This document shows, piece after piece, positions 62,892-64,000 of a stretch of DNA of 64,000 bases; positions within the stretch are counted from its first letter, which is position 1, and each line of letters starts with the position of its first letter. The stretch covers positions 2,208,001-2,272,000 of the forward strand of contig OY829846.1 in NCBI GenBank assembly GCA_963691875.1, given 5' to 3'. The notes under the pieces were generated by a model, which was not told where the DNA came from, did no database searches, and saw only the letters and a list, made by a program, of their open reading frames with translations. The position numbers and the translations under genes were made by a program. Source of the DNA: Aureliella sp. (GTDB taxonomy: Bacteria; Planctomycetota; Planctomycetia; Pirellulales; Pirellulaceae).

Positions 62892-63061
62892 TAGCAAGCT
62901 AAGGACGTAGGTAATCTCTACAGGGTTCCAGTTATGCGGTGGCCACCGTAGGAACAATGCAAGAGATTTTCTTGATTCGGAGTAGGGACTAACGGTGGCA
63001 TGTGGCTGCCACCGTTTCGGCCGTCCCTATTCTTTGTTTCCGTTTTATCGGAGGAGAAAAC

Positions 63062-63295
63062 GTGGCCAAGAAGAAAGCAGCGAAGAAGAAGGCGGCTCCT
63101 AAGAAGAAGGCTGCACCTAAGAAGGCAGCTAAGAAGGCAGCTCCTAAGAAGAAGGCGGCCGCTAAGAAGAAGGCTGCTCCTAAGAAGAAGGCTGCACCTA
63201 AGAAGAAGGCAGCCAAGAAAGCTGCTCCTAAGAAGAAAGCAGCTGCCAAGAAGAAGGCTGCTCCAAAGAAGAAGAAGGCCGCTAAGAAGAAGTAG
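63062..63295 (+). CDS. Histone H1-like Lys/Ala/Pro-repeat DNA-binding protein
   Basis: GGAGGAG RBS, GTG start, 77 aa of KKKAAP/KKAA repeats with synonymous codon variation, terminator after. Confidence 0.88.
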   Translation: MAKKKAAKKKAAPKKKAAPKKAAKKAAPKKKAAAKKKAAPKKKAAPKKKAAKKAAPKKKAAAKKKAAPKKKKAAKKK

Positions 63296-63333
63296 TCTTC
63301 TCTTCCATGAGACACTTTTGAAGCGAACTCAAC

Positions 63334-63371
63334 AAACCGCCGCAGGTTTTCAATCTGTGGCGGTTTTTTTT
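63334..63371 (+). terminator. Intrinsic terminator
   Basis: AAACCGCCGCAG/CTGTGGCGGTTT stem followed by a T8 tract. Confidence 0.9.
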
Positions 63372-63709
63372 CTGCGCTGGCTTCTCGCCATAAGCAGGCG
63401 GAATCGCAGAACGCAAGCGATTCTGAACCATCCTTCTACAATCAAAACTGGATGAGGCTGAGCCCCGGCGAATCCGACAAGAAGCAAAGCGCCTAAGTTA
63501 CGTATTCCACCCCCAGAGGCTTCCCTGTCTGCCCAAAGCACGGGCAGCACGACCTGAAATGGCGATCGGACTTAGAAATTGTTTGACTATCGAAAATGAA
63601 AACAGCAAGTTTTTAGGCTTTTCACGAGTCACTTAGAAAGACGTTTGGAATTAGCTTCTTGCCAAGATAGAAGACAGATTGCCCACCATTAGAGTGGGCA
63701 ATCTGAGCG

Positions 63710-64000
63710 TCAATCGATGATCTCGATATCCGCGATCCGACTGCTAAATATGTCGAATTGAAATGAGACACGCAGCTTTGCATTCCCGTTTGTGAACTTC
63801 AGATCTAGCAGCACTTCCGCCGTTTGCTTGCCACTGATCTGCACGCGTTGCGTCTTCACAGTTTCAACACTTCCGATACTCAACGTCCAGCCTCCAGCTA
63901 TTGCCGATAGCTCGGCTTTTCGTGGGCCGCTGGTTTCTCTCGCGTGGAGCTCGAACGAAAGATGAGGCAACAGAGCGCTTTCGCCAGTCTTTAGCCAGTC
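63710..64000 (-). CDS. C-terminal part of a hypothetical protein running off the window
   Basis: Frame is open from the window edge to TGA at 63710. Confidence 0.55.
   Translation of the reverse strand, partial: DWLKTGESALLPHLSFELHARETSGPRKAELSAIAGGWTLSIGSVETVKTQRVQISGKQTAEVLLDLKFTNGNAKLRVSFQFDIFSSRIADIEIID

Noticed and set aside
63062..63295. CRISPR array or DNA tandem repeat
   Set aside because: No unique spacers; the repeats are codon-phased protein repeats.
62989..63455. Arg-rich (+) and Phe/Ala-rich (-) ORFs over the histone-like gene
   Set aside because: Shadow frames of the repeat. The RBS, third-position variation and terminator favour the Lys/Ala/Pro frame.

Overview
This is a chromosomal window from what looks like a Planctomycete (Pirellulaceae-like). 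That call is inferred from the gene content: DUF1501, PSD1/PSCyt cytochrome, DUF1559 remnants, HEAT-tailed sulfatases and PQQ-like propellers. Housekeeping genes are rplM-rpsI, queD-folE2, eda-kdgK, ispG, a U32/RlhA-like protein and hemC. They are interleaved with secreted hydrolases and transporters. I found no rRNA, tRNA, CRISPR array or transposase. Points worth a second look: (1) widespread gene decay, with about 8 genes broken by in-frame stops, frameshifts or a deletion, including a TetA-like MFS half gene fused out of frame to a truncated alpha-2-macroglobulin/TPR gene; (2) a pure Lys/Ala/Pro histone-H1-like protein behind a tandem-repeat promoter and a multi-hairpin leader with alternative pairings; (3) an acidic protein carrying a YhcG/DUF1016-N-like module without its nuclease; (4) helix-rich non-coding stretches on both sides of queD-folE2, partly overlapping pseudogene debris and therefore uncertain; (5) a dispersed 32-nt REP-like hairpin. 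All product calls come from motif recognition by eye, with no database search.
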